Shown here: one piece after another, positions 52,867-64,000 of the stretch
Position numbering within the stretch: position 1 is the first letter of the stretch
Layout of the letters: each line of letters opens with the position of its first letter
NCBI GenBank assembly: GCA_951406725.2
Contig: OX597829.1
Coordinates: forward strand, 33,108,001-33,172,000
Source: Octopus vulgaris
Taxonomy: Eukaryota
Direction of reading: 5' to 3'
Length of the DNA: 64,000 bases
Notes under the pieces: generated by a model
The model's input: the letters and a program-made list of their open reading frames with translations, nothing else
Told to the model about the DNA's origin: nothing
Database searches by the model: none
Program-made: the position numbers and the translations under genes

Positions 52867-53127
52867 CCTTCTATTTTCTAAAGCAGTTTTGTAACTTTGG
52901 AACGTTTCTTGAACAAGTCCTTTAACATTATCTCGTTGCATCTGCATATCAGTTAAAGCATTTTCAAGATTGTTACTAGTTTCTTCAAAAAGCTTTATTT
53001 TATTCTTACTCTCTGTTATCAGATTGTTAATCTCATCAGAAAACTTTGTGTCAACATTAGAAATTTTTTCAGTAAAATGTTCTGGTTGCTGGTGATCTTC
53101 AGCAATGCAATCATTGCAAACCACTTC
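52867..53127 (-). CDS. mei-P26: mei-P26-like coding exon 3 (end of B-box 2, coiled coil)
   Basis: tgcAG/GTaagt; EVVCNDCIAEDHQQPEH...QETFQSYKTALENRR; 261 nt. Confidence 0.93.
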
Positions 53128-55274
53128 CTGCAATATAATATTTTTCACATTGAAACATACAAGAAATTAACCATAACCAACCCAATTCACTTTTGTAACA
53201 GCCAAAAGAAACACATCCATCCCAAGCAGCTAAATACATAGTGAGTATAAGACCTACAGACATTGTAGGGATCAAAGTAAATGGAAACTGACACTTGCTG
53301 AACCCATTCCCAGCATGGATAACAGATTAAAGAACATAATTTGGATTTAGGTAGATTGAGATCCCTAAAGTTAATATCAAACTGTACCATCATGTAATTG
53401 TTAACATTCAGTCCAGTTATCTGATGCATCTCAAATACAGAATATTCAACTTACATTTTATTGGTGTGAAGAGTGAACGGTAAAGCAGGAAGTTAACAGC
53501 CAACTTAATAATTAAATACTTGTAAATCATATTTAGCTAGACCCACTGCAATCTATCTGAAGGTGATAACTTCCTTGTTTGTAAAGCTGGTTTCTTAGTA
53601 TTTATTTCAGCATGAAATTTTTGTTCAATTGGCATAAATTATTAGAGAGCTAGACAGAATGATTTACAGTACTTTTACAGACTACTTAGATTCCTGGTTC
53701 AAATTCTGTCATGGTCAACTCTACTTCCTTGAGGCTCAAAAAAACGTACCTGTTTGAATACACTGCCATTTGTAATGCTTTATTAATGCCAACAAATCAC
53801 ACAATCATTTATTCACAATCACTTCAAAAGCAGGCACATTAAAGAGCAAAGCAAAAAAAAGTTTTTATCCAATTAAATTGGCTTGTTGAAGGCACAGCAA
53901 AGACTATAGCAAGATCTCAACTATGAACATTACTAAATAGACTTAAAAAAAAAAGTGACACTTGAAAAATACATATCTACTTCCTTTTACAACTTTACAA
54001 TCTGTTGTTCCTACTTTTATGAGAAAAGCAACAAGGCACTATTCAGAGGGGTTGTTCAAAAAGAAATTGTCAAATTATCATTGCAACTAAGTTTACAATA
54101 AGACAATTAACAGATCTTTTTCGAACCATCCCACATTTATACACAATTCAAAGAGAAACTAATAAAACAAAATAGTAAAATATTAAAATACTGAATATAT
54201 AGTTAAGTTAGCAATCAAGTCACTTGTTAATTCTTAACCACATAACTAAGTCTGTGTTTACAAGCATATTTCTTTTTAGACTCCACATGTCAGAACAACT
54301 AGGTTCAACATTAAGATTTGTTCAAATCTTACTAACATTGTACTGTAGCAGAATAATGTTATGTTTAATTTTGTTTCAAATGTTCTCTCCTAAGACTGCA
54401 TCTTGAGCACTATCCATGTGAACTTTACATCATCTCAAGAATTATATGCTTCAGAAAAATATTAGAAATATGTATTATGTATTTCGTGGTTGTTTACAAA
54501 CATCCAACAATCTTAAGTTTCCAAAATAACATTGGGATTTTCACTGGTAAATACAGAAATTAGCAGGGTTGTTGTTTACTTGCCAGATCTGGAATAGGGG
54601 TAATGCCCATGGCCTGCACAAGCCCTCTGCAACCAGTGAGAGTGATGTCAATGGTTCATCTTGAATCATTACAAGTCAACACTCAAGTGAAAGACATGAG
54701 CAGTGGAGGAATTCCAGAGAATCAATGTACTGGGAAGGAAGAGCTGGGCAGATTTGTGCAGAGCCTGAGAAGATGGAAACAATAAGGATGATAAGAGGGA
54801 GGCTAATGTGCTAGGAATGCTTGAGAGAAAGTAAAATGAGCCCAATCAGCTTGAAGGTACAGAAGTTATTACTGTAATGAGGGAAAAGCAGAGAGAGAAC
54901 TCAGCATGCCTGTGGTCAAAGGCTAGTTGAGTGGCCTTTTGTAGATGCAGCCTAGGATGTGTGTGCGTGCAACCACAGCACCATCCATGCCTGCTTTCTT
55001 AAAAAAAAGGGGGGGGGGGCATTAAATCAGTGCAAGTAGTTTTAAGAAATAAACTGTAGCATGAACAATTTCACAAAAAGTTGAAGTATAAATCTTTCGG
55101 GATCTGTTTTACTAAATTAAAAATTGTCAATAAAGCTAAAACAAGGCCTCATTGAGAGGAAGAGATACTTTAGAACATGATGTGAAATGGCTTCAACAAA
55201 AAATTAAAACAATGTTTACATTCAAGAAGTTTCATCTCTGCTCATAAAACATCCACAAAAACATAAATACATAC

Positions 55275-55385
55275 CTGACATGAAAGACAAAAATATTTTA
55301 CATTTTCACTTGGATGAATCCGACAAAACATTGGCTTCAGAAATTTAGGTCCATCCCCATTTTGCATATCTTCAAATGATATAAC
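55275..55385 (-). CDS. mei-P26: mei-P26-like coding exon 2 (start of B-box 2; not in ORF track)
   Basis: ttaAG/GTatgt; VISFEDMQNGDGPKFLKPMFCRIHPSENVKYFCLSCQ; 111 nt. Confidence 0.92.
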
Positions 55386-55480
55386 CTTAAAAAAGAAAAT
55401 TAAATAAACTGTCCAATTTCTTCTCAGATTCCAATGAAAAATTTATTCATATTATACTAATTTTTAAAGTCACAAATTTA

Positions 55481-55732
55481 CTGAAAATGGTGATAGTGGG
55501 TAGCAGATCCACTGGCTGAATATGTTCAAGTACATCTTGCAGTTGTGGCACCCATGCCAGGTGGTTCGTGTCTGCTAACAATATATGTCTGTGCTCTTAG
55601 CATTGTGCATTTATATGATACAATCTCACAGTGTTTGGCATTCTAACAATACATCATCATTGGGGTGCCACAACTGCAAGACATACTTGAACATATTCAG
55701 CCAATGGATCTATCCAGCATCACCATTTTCAG
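55481..55732. mobile_element. MITE with ~72 bp inverted arms
   Basis: CTGAAAATGGTGAT...TCTTGCAGTTGTGGCACCC (55481-55553) is the reverse complement of 55663-55732. Confidence 0.88.
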
Positions 55733-56602
55733 GTTAGTAATGATAATTTCTAGATAAAATTCTGCCTTCTTATATTGTTTCATTATCTAATAACAGGATA
55801 AAAAGAGTGTGACTCTGGTTAATGCATATGAGATGACATCAACATTTATGTATATGTCTAATTTGCTTTGCCCATCAACATAAGAGAAATGAGCATGAGT
55901 ATAAAATGATTAATATGTTGAAGGATATCATTTCTTTAACTCTGACCAAGCTTATGCATTTGCACAGAATATTTAAGGTATGTTATTTATATACTTCTAT
56001 ATTATATGAACACAGTATATACTCTGCAGCTGTTAGGTGCAGGTATGGTAAATAATGAAAATAGGCTATGTGGTTAAGCAAGTTCACTTCAAAAGTACAT
56101 GGTTCTGGGTTCAGTCCCACTGCATTGTACTTTGCATAAGTCTTCTAATAAACCTGGGCCTTGTGAGAAGATTTGATGGACAGAAACTGAAAGAAACCTG
56201 TCATGTGATGGTTGTAAAATGAGTGTTAACATCATAAAAGCAGTGTCTTTTGTTTCCGATCCTCCATGAATACATCTGGCCATGGAGAAGCATTACCATT
56301 TTTGCAAACAGGCAAGGATTAGCAATAGAAAGGACATTAAACTGCAGAAAAGTAGATAACATTTACCATATTGTAATGTACAAATACAGTATCACCACTT
56401 GTCTTATGGGGTGTATTATTAATGTACATAATGTAAAACTGCTTGTGCACTACCTATAGTGCAATATCACTGATACTACTACCAACAAATACTAAGTACT
56501 CAAGTTATAAAACAAAGGTTATCAACAGAAAACAACTGTTTAAATCAACGACTTCTTCAGTAGAATATTAAAGGTTTTCTTTTGATTACATTTTTTTGTT
56601 TG

Positions 56603-56636
<34 letters not shown>

Positions 56637-56935
56637 CTGGAATGAGAAATTGCTTTGATGAACCTGCATCTCAGAAACTGAATAAGTCACATTGACAAAT
56701 CACCCCAAAATATTACTGAATTAAAACCGTTCAGTAATCAAAAATGTGTATATGACGAAATATTTAAATTTCTTACACGCACATAAATAATACTTTGATC
56801 AGTGCAATTTTTTTTTTTTAATTATAAATATGCGAAATAAGAGATAATGCTGCTGGAGATAGTTTAAATATACTTCAACCATAACGTCAATCATTGTGGA
56901 AATGAAAAATAATTTTTAAAGAGATTAAGGATTAC

Positions 56936-57373
56936 CTTATGATCTTCAAAACATCTCATATATTGGTGAGCCGACACACAATGGGGACAGAGGAAATTGG
57001 CACAATCAGAACATCTTGCAATGGCCTTCTCTTTGGCTTTACAGCTGGTACATACAATAGGGTCATCATCGGCCAGGTCAACTTCCAGCATATCGGACAT
57101 GACATCATCTGACGGTAAGCTTTCAATACCTTTGGCAGAGAGCCTTGTCCCTTGAGAACACACACTGCATTCGATCATATCAGGAATGGTACCTGTTCTG
57201 TTGTGGATTTCGTCCACTGTACTCTGCAGACATTCTTGGCAAAAGACATGTAAGCAATCAAGTACTTTGGGCTGTTTAAGCTTTTTCTCACAGTTTCTAC
57301 ACAAATTTTCTTCATTTGGTACCGGGGATGAGTTAATGGGAGACGAAGCAGCAGAGAGCACTTCATTAGCCAT
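56936..57373 (-). CDS. mei-P26: mei-P26-like coding exon 1 (RING + B-box 1)
   Basis: ATG at 57373 with an in-frame upstream stop; C3HC4 RING CRNC..CLHVFCQEC..CSVC; B-box CTSC..CSDCANFLCPHCVSAHQYMRCFEDH; GTaatc donor; acceptor at 57410-57411 implies an upstream non-coding exon. Confidence 0.94.
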
Positions 57374-57773
57374 GACTTTTTACTTTTGAACTATTTAAGT
57401 TGGCACAACCTGAAATTTTAATAAGAATACAAAAACAAATGAAACTTTCAAAAAAATATTTTCAAACGATTCTATATACTCTAACAATCAAATATAAAAT
57501 AAGGGCGAAAATATACACGAGATCAAATGGAGAAAAATTTCAAGTAAAAAGCAATATATTTATCATATACAGACACAATTCATGAAACGTGAAAATATAT
57601 TAAAGACATGCAGGGATTTTTGACGATATTTTAAAGCAGATATTTTAATACAAGTTGGGAGGGAGTAGCAGCAGGAAAAATGGAATTATGAGAGAGAGAA
57701 AGTGAGAAATCGGGCGTCTGTGGCGTTCTGTTTAAAAAGTAATAACACGTTTTACTGGTCGATTTATAGATAG

Positions 57774-58014
57774 ATAGGCTAGGGAATTCTCGAATGTGTG
57801 TAAAGAGTGTATATTGTGTATTTGCAGGAGTGTGTGTACATGCATACATGCGTGTGTACAAATATATATATATATTTATAAATATATAAAGTATAGATAT
57901 AGGCTAGGGAATTCTCGAATGTGTGTAAAGAGTGTATATTGTGTATTTGCAGGAGTGTGTACATGCATACATGCGTGTGTGTACAAATATATATATATAT
58001 TTATAAATATATAT
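57774..58014. repeat. tandem duplication, 125-bp period, 2 copies
   Basis: ATAGGCTAGGGAATTCTCGAATGTGTGTAAAGAGTG... starts at 57774 and 57899, near identical. Confidence 0.93.
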
Positions 58015-58281
58015 TTGTATGTAATGTAAATGCTTGTGTAATATACACACACTCACACACATAGAGCGCACACTCACACACTAAAACACGATACCTGGAA
58101 ACTAAAATTTAGTACACAAAAACCAAGCTGCTCTTTATATATATACCAATTGATAATATATTTAAGAAATAAATAATACCAACTATATAATGAATGAGAG
58201 ATTAAATTACCTGTTTTGTGTGTTCATTTGCAACCATAAATGTTTTAAGTAGCCTAATAGTGAAAACGTAGTTACGGCAAA

Positions 58282-58345
<64 letters not shown>

Positions 58346-60739
58346 CTGACAGACTAGTTAAATAAATGGTTAAGTTACAAAGGCTGGTTGTCAAAAACGT
58401 ATACACGACGACAGCAACATCTAACTGACATGATTGTTTTTTTTTAAGGATGTCAACCCCCACTACCACCACCTTTATCTTCCAAAAAACTTTAGAAAAT
58501 GATTCCAAAGTTATCGTTTCGAATTTTTAATATTGTCTCAAGTTTTCGTGGGGCAAGAGAAAAAAATTTATATTTTCTTTCAAATAACAGAGAATTTTTT
58601 AGTTATACGCAATAATATCCCCAGCTTTTAATTGTTATGGATATTATTATAAAGTGTTTATAAAATATAACGAAAAGGCTGTTCTGATCTAAAAGTAAAT
58701 AGGGTTGGTTAATCGTATCTTGTCTGAAAAGAAATATTTTCTTGATTGCATAATACTAAGTCGATGTTAGAATAAAATCGATAAGATTTGTACTTGACAG
58801 AGAAATAAAATAGTGTGTGTGTGTCGGTGAACGAGAAAAAGTCAGTTTTGTCATTTCATTTAAATACCATAAAGTAATTTTGAACAAGTTGCTTATTACT
58901 TGAGTATCAGACACAATTTGTATACGATACTGTATGTACATGAAAATCCCCACATTCTACAAAAAAATCTTAAAACAATGCAACAAAAGCTATATCAAGT
59001 CTTGCTTTTCCCTAGATTCAAGTAACCACATCTGTATAACGTTATTTTCTGTAAGCTATCTAAACAATGTACAATTAATTACATCATGTCCAGTAATAGT
59101 TAAAAAGACAACGGAAATCTGTGTCACTGTCGAACGTGTCTTTCAATCAACCCAGTCAGTATCACAAGTCCCGTAACTTTCATTACACATAAGGTGTCGT
59201 CGATTTTGCAAATTACTATTACCTACATACAAATTGGAATGCTAAAACAAACACTCATGTGGTTCTTAGTGTCCTAACCATCGATCCTGCCGTTGAGTTT
59301 TTAGAATATTCTTTAAAAGTTCGTTTATGTGCATAAACACGTTTGTGTGTATACATACACAATCGTCTATTACATTATTTGCGCACCACATATATATATA
59401 TCCGCGACTCGTTACACGTCGCTCGTCAAAGTCGTCACCTAACACTTAAGGTGCAATAACTCGAGTATTACAACATATACAGGCACAGATATGCTAATGT
59501 TCTTATATGTTGTGGCCGCCTAAATTATGCCAACTGTCCGAATATTTAGTTTCTAGTTAGTGTGCTCACTTTTGGTTGGAGCCTTTTCAAATGGCTGATT
59601 CTAAATACTAGACGGAAATGCGTCTAACAAATACTGAATGCTTTTTATACTGTGTACAAGTTTTGCGAACACTTTAGAAGAGATGGTTATAATAATAATC
59701 CAGATAATAATAAACAAGAGATTTAGGATTATCTCCCTTCCCATCTAAACTTTGAAGCAAGATCTTTTATCATCTCCCTACATGTTTTCTAAAGTGTTTT
59801 TCATTCAAATAGACTCAAGCATTTCTAAAATAATTCACTATCAAGAACTAACAGCAAAATTTGTAGCAATTTTCACTTTTCGATCCTAAAGAAATTTTTA
59901 AAAAATTTTTTCAAGTATATTTTATCTTCTTAGTAATATATCCTTGTGTCCATCACTCACCTCCAACATTTATTGAAACAAGCTATGAACACAGTCAAAT
60001 ATACCTGCAAATGAATATAAGGTTGTTAACTTCAGATTCTGGATGCAGAGATGAAAAAAATCTCATATTTTGGTAGAAAAGCCAATTCTTACACCAAATG
60101 CAAATGTGAAGCTCTGGACACGACGAAAGACCAGTGACAAAAATTTGAGAATGCCAGAAATTAATACTACTCAAATTGCTTATCAATTCAGTTTGACTGG
60201 AAATATACCAGCAAATCTAGTATATAGTTACGCCCAAACAAATTATAAAACGTTGAAATATGATAGTTGTAAATTTTGCTTGATATATTGAAATATTTAC
60301 TAATAATTTATTGTACTGATGACAAATCAATATTGGCAAAATTTATCCCTGAGATTAAAATTTGGATCTGTGATGAAAGAAAAATACTATAAATTTAGAT
60401 CGATCAAATTTTCATACCTGCTTACTTGTATGTATGCATGTATTATTATGTGTGTGTAATATATATATGAATGAATATATATATATATATATATGAATGA
60501 ATATGTTGTATGTATATGTGTATATATATTTATGTATGTGTGTGTGTGTGTGTATATATATATGTGTGTGTATATATATATGTATGCATATATATGTATA
60601 TATGTTGGAATTTCTACCTTTATAAGTAGGCTGTAATATCCTTGGCACTTAAGTGAATTTTACCCTGGTAATTATTTTTTGTTATTTGTACATTGAAAAA
60701 ATACACATGGATGTATGTATGTATTCTTTTTTTTTTTTT

Positions 60740-61045
60740 GTTATTTTGACTGCGGCCTTGCTGAAGCACCGCCTTTAGTCAAACAAATCGACATAAGGAC
60801 TTATTCTTTGTAAGCCTAGTACTTATTCTATCGGACTCTTGCCGAACCGCTAAGTTACGGGGGACGTAAACATACCAACACCGGTTGTCAAATGGTGGGA
60901 GGACAGGCACAAACACACATATATATATAATTATACGACGGGCTTCTTTCAGTTTCCGTCTACCAAATCCACTCAAGGCTTTGGTTGGCCCGAGGCTATA
61001 GTAGAAAACACTTGGCCAAGGTGCCACTAAAGCTACTTACCACGT
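60740..61045 (-). mobile_element. SINE (family of 28150-28540)
   Basis: reverse-complement similarity along its length; CpGs retained. Confidence 0.88.
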
Positions 61046-61075
61046 ATGTACATGTATGATCTGTGTGTATATATA

Positions 61076-61114
<39 letters not shown>

Positions 61115-61442
61115 ATATTACACACACATATATCTCAAATGCGTACCTCCCTTTTAATCGATCTTACATTTATGCAAGAAATCAATAATATTGTACATGA
61201 ATTAACACGTGTAGTTCCTTGATCGGGCATCTGATAAAATGAAACTTACATAACACTAACTGAATAAACGAAAATTACTTTTTTGGGACTTACGTCAACC
61301 AAGTACAAACATTTTAAATTTTAAAAAAAAAACGAAAACATTAAAAAAAAAACTTTGTGGAGTATGTAAATTAATGATTTATTATAAATTTTTAAAAAAG
61401 CCAAACGTAAGCAAAATATTCCATTGTTTAAAAAATAAAAAG

Positions 61443-61534
61443 GGCGGAGGCAAAGAATACGTACACCACCAGTTTTCGGCATAACAAAAACCCTAACTCT
61501 TAACCACCGAGTGTATGTATTCTTTACCTCCGCC
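61443..61534. repeat. 24-bp inverted repeat with 44-bp spacer
   Basis: GGCGGAGGCAAAGAATACGTACAC / GTGTATGTATTCTTTACCTCCGCC, 22/24 complementary. Confidence 0.85.
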
Positions 61535-61595
61535 AATAAAAACCTACACAGTACACGTGTGAATAAATATGGTTAAGTTAATTTTACAAGTCCTG

Positions 61596-61640
<45 letters not shown>

Positions 61641-62054
61641 CGCGCACACTTAAGTCGTCTGTTTCAATAAAGACCATATTTTTTTTTAAATGAAGGGGTC
61701 ACAGATGACCGAAGTAAACCATGCTCTCCTGGTAGGAGGGTCGACAATTTATACTGTCACCGGTGATGTATTTTGCTGACCCTTCACTCATTTAGCTGCA
61801 AAATGTTTGTGCCACCCTGTAGATTATAAAGTTATAGCTGCGTAATTGATTGGTAGCTACAGCGAGGAAAAGCTTAATGCATCTTTGGGTTTTTTAACAT
61901 GCAAGTTGATATCAACAATATTAACTATGATGCAAGAGTCTCATAAGTTACCTTGCATCTTCCTTTGACTGTAAAGATGGAGAGAGAAAACAGGTGCAGA
62001 ATAGCATCACCTGTTCAATATCCTAACATCTATTACAATTCTATTCACATTCAT

Positions 62055-62330
62055 CTTTTCACTTGTTTAAGTCTTTCGACTGCAGCCATGCTGGGACACC
62101 ACCTTGAAGATATTTAGTCGAATGAATCGACCCCAGCACTTTTTTGTTTTAAGCGCGGCATCTATTCTATCGTTCGGTTTTGACGAGCCGCTAAGTTACG
62201 GGACGTAAAGACGCCAACACCGGTTGTGAAGTAGTGGTGGGATACAAACAAGACAACACATATATACAACGAGCTTCTTTCAGTTTCCGCCTACCAAATC
62301 CACTCGCAAGGCTTCGGTCGGCCCAAGATA
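62055..62330 (-). mobile_element. SINE (family of 28150-28540), 5'-truncated
   Basis: GCCGCTAAGTTACGGGACGTAAA..CACCGGTTGT and CTTCTTTCAGTTTCCGCCTACCAAATCCACTC blocks. Confidence 0.85.
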
Positions 62331-62605
62331 CCGCGCATGCTTTATTTAAAGCATACTAGATTTTAAAGTACATGTTCAACTAAATGTAAAAAAAAAAAAT
62401 TTATAGAAGAAATGAAAGGGAGGAAAATCACTTCAAGCAGAGAACTCTTGTAAATAACAATATAACATCAACATCCAACAATTCTTTAGCAATGTAAAAG
62501 TTCACTTTTCCACAGATATCAATACCACGAGCAATTATTTCCAATATGACCAAAAAAAATTACATCAGAATAAAACAATCACGCTGGATTCAACGTTTGT
62601 CTCAT

Positions 62606-62660
<55 letters not shown>

Positions 62661-63763
62661 GCATGCACACTAATAATCTTAGATTCGATAAAATACTTCA
62701 ATTGCAACAATAAACTATACTAGAGATATGTATGCACAATATACAAGACATTGCAAAATAACCATACACGAGCAAAACTGCTACTATACTAACTACTATA
62801 AGACGTCTCAGCCACTTCCTGGTTGACCGATTCTAGCACGCCCGTATGTATGTTTAAAATAGACTGCCAACAAGCAACCCACTTCGGTTTGCTCGTCTCG
62901 GAAAAATAAAATAAAAGCTATTCCAAGTTCCAAAAACGTTAAATAAACACCAAAATTTGTAATTCAATAGTAGGAAATTCGATAGGCTGGAGACAGCCAT
63001 GTAATGTCATGAAAACTGTAAGACTTTCATATAAAGTAGCTGACCATGCATGATTCAGATTAGAAATGATCCTAATTTGAGGAAATTAAATGTAATTATA
63101 TAGAACAAGGTCATTTTATGAAAGGGGGATGATGTATATACGAATTAATTGACAACAACATATGACTGGTACATAATTTGTTTGGTCCCTGTGTATAACA
63201 GGACGATAAGAAATCTTGCAAAGAAATTGTTAAATATATAATGGTTTAAATATAATTTTAGCCTTGAAGCCAATACTTTTAAAGTCTCGTTAATACACAT
63301 ATATATTCATTATCATATACCTAACTGAAAAAGTGTTTTTAAGCATAAATAATAAGAAGAAGCAGAAATAAAAACAGATCTGGGATGAGATTTTGCTTTA
63401 TTTCCTTACAGGCTTAAGTTAAACACGCAATTTATATTGTGTAAGCATGCAATAATTGCATTGTATATCTGGGTGTGTGTGCACTATGAATAATAAAATA
63501 TAAATATAACTTGAGAAACATCGACGGAATAATAAAAGTGAACCATAGCGTGCGATCGAAAGCAACAGTTTATTTTTAAGCTGTTGGTTAAGTAAGAGAG
63601 AATATATAGCAGCAGCTAGGAAGGAACTGGTGCAAAATAAAACAAAAATGGAACGAGAAGGAAACGACTGAAAAATCACATTCTACATTGAAGTTTTGAA
63701 TTAATGCTGATATAAAACTTGTGTGTGTGTGCATGCGTGTATGCGTGAGTGTGTGTATGTATG

Positions 63764-63794
<31 letters not shown>

Positions 63795-64000
63795 GTATGT
63801 ATATATATATACATGCTCACTTAAGGATGCCAGGAGTGCATGTGCTAATATTTATTTCGTGTACGCACACGGAAATAACAAAATTCGGTACAAGGGGGAA
63901 ATTTTGAACTTTACTACATAAATAGGATAGTTGATTCATTATAATCAAATCAACGAAATTACAACAAGCTGGCCGAGCAAGTAATTCTGGCCAACGTCAT

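Noticed and set aside
56891-57373. Assignment as brat
   Set aside because: B-box 1 is Brat-like, but the RING and the NHL motifs point to the mei-P26/NHL-2 subfamily

Overview
AT-rich, intron-containing animal genomic DNA. The SINE/MITE repertoire and (TA)n microsatellites look like octopus/cephalopod DNA (inference). Two genes lie tail-to-tail. (1) The last 7 coding exons of ETFDH (ETF-ubiquinone oxidoreductase), + strand, 898-15838. (2) A complete 11-coding-exon TRIM-NHL gene on the - strand, 57373-29649, ~907 aa (RING, 2 B-boxes, coiled coil, S/T/N-rich linker, NHL repeats), whose NHL domain I recognise as mei-P26/NHL-2 type. Introns and intergenic DNA carry RTE LINEs, a DD36E Tc1-like transposon nested in an RTE, mariner remnants, Penelope-like remnants, SINEs, foldback MITEs and microsatellites. 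Most notable: three hammerhead-ribozyme-like motifs, all antisense to their host genes; a candidate ~8.5 kb U-rich mei-P26 3' UTR; a DD36E element in a probable mollusc; and several long intronic inverted repeats that could form dsRNA. Coordinates were read by eye and repeat boundaries are approximate.
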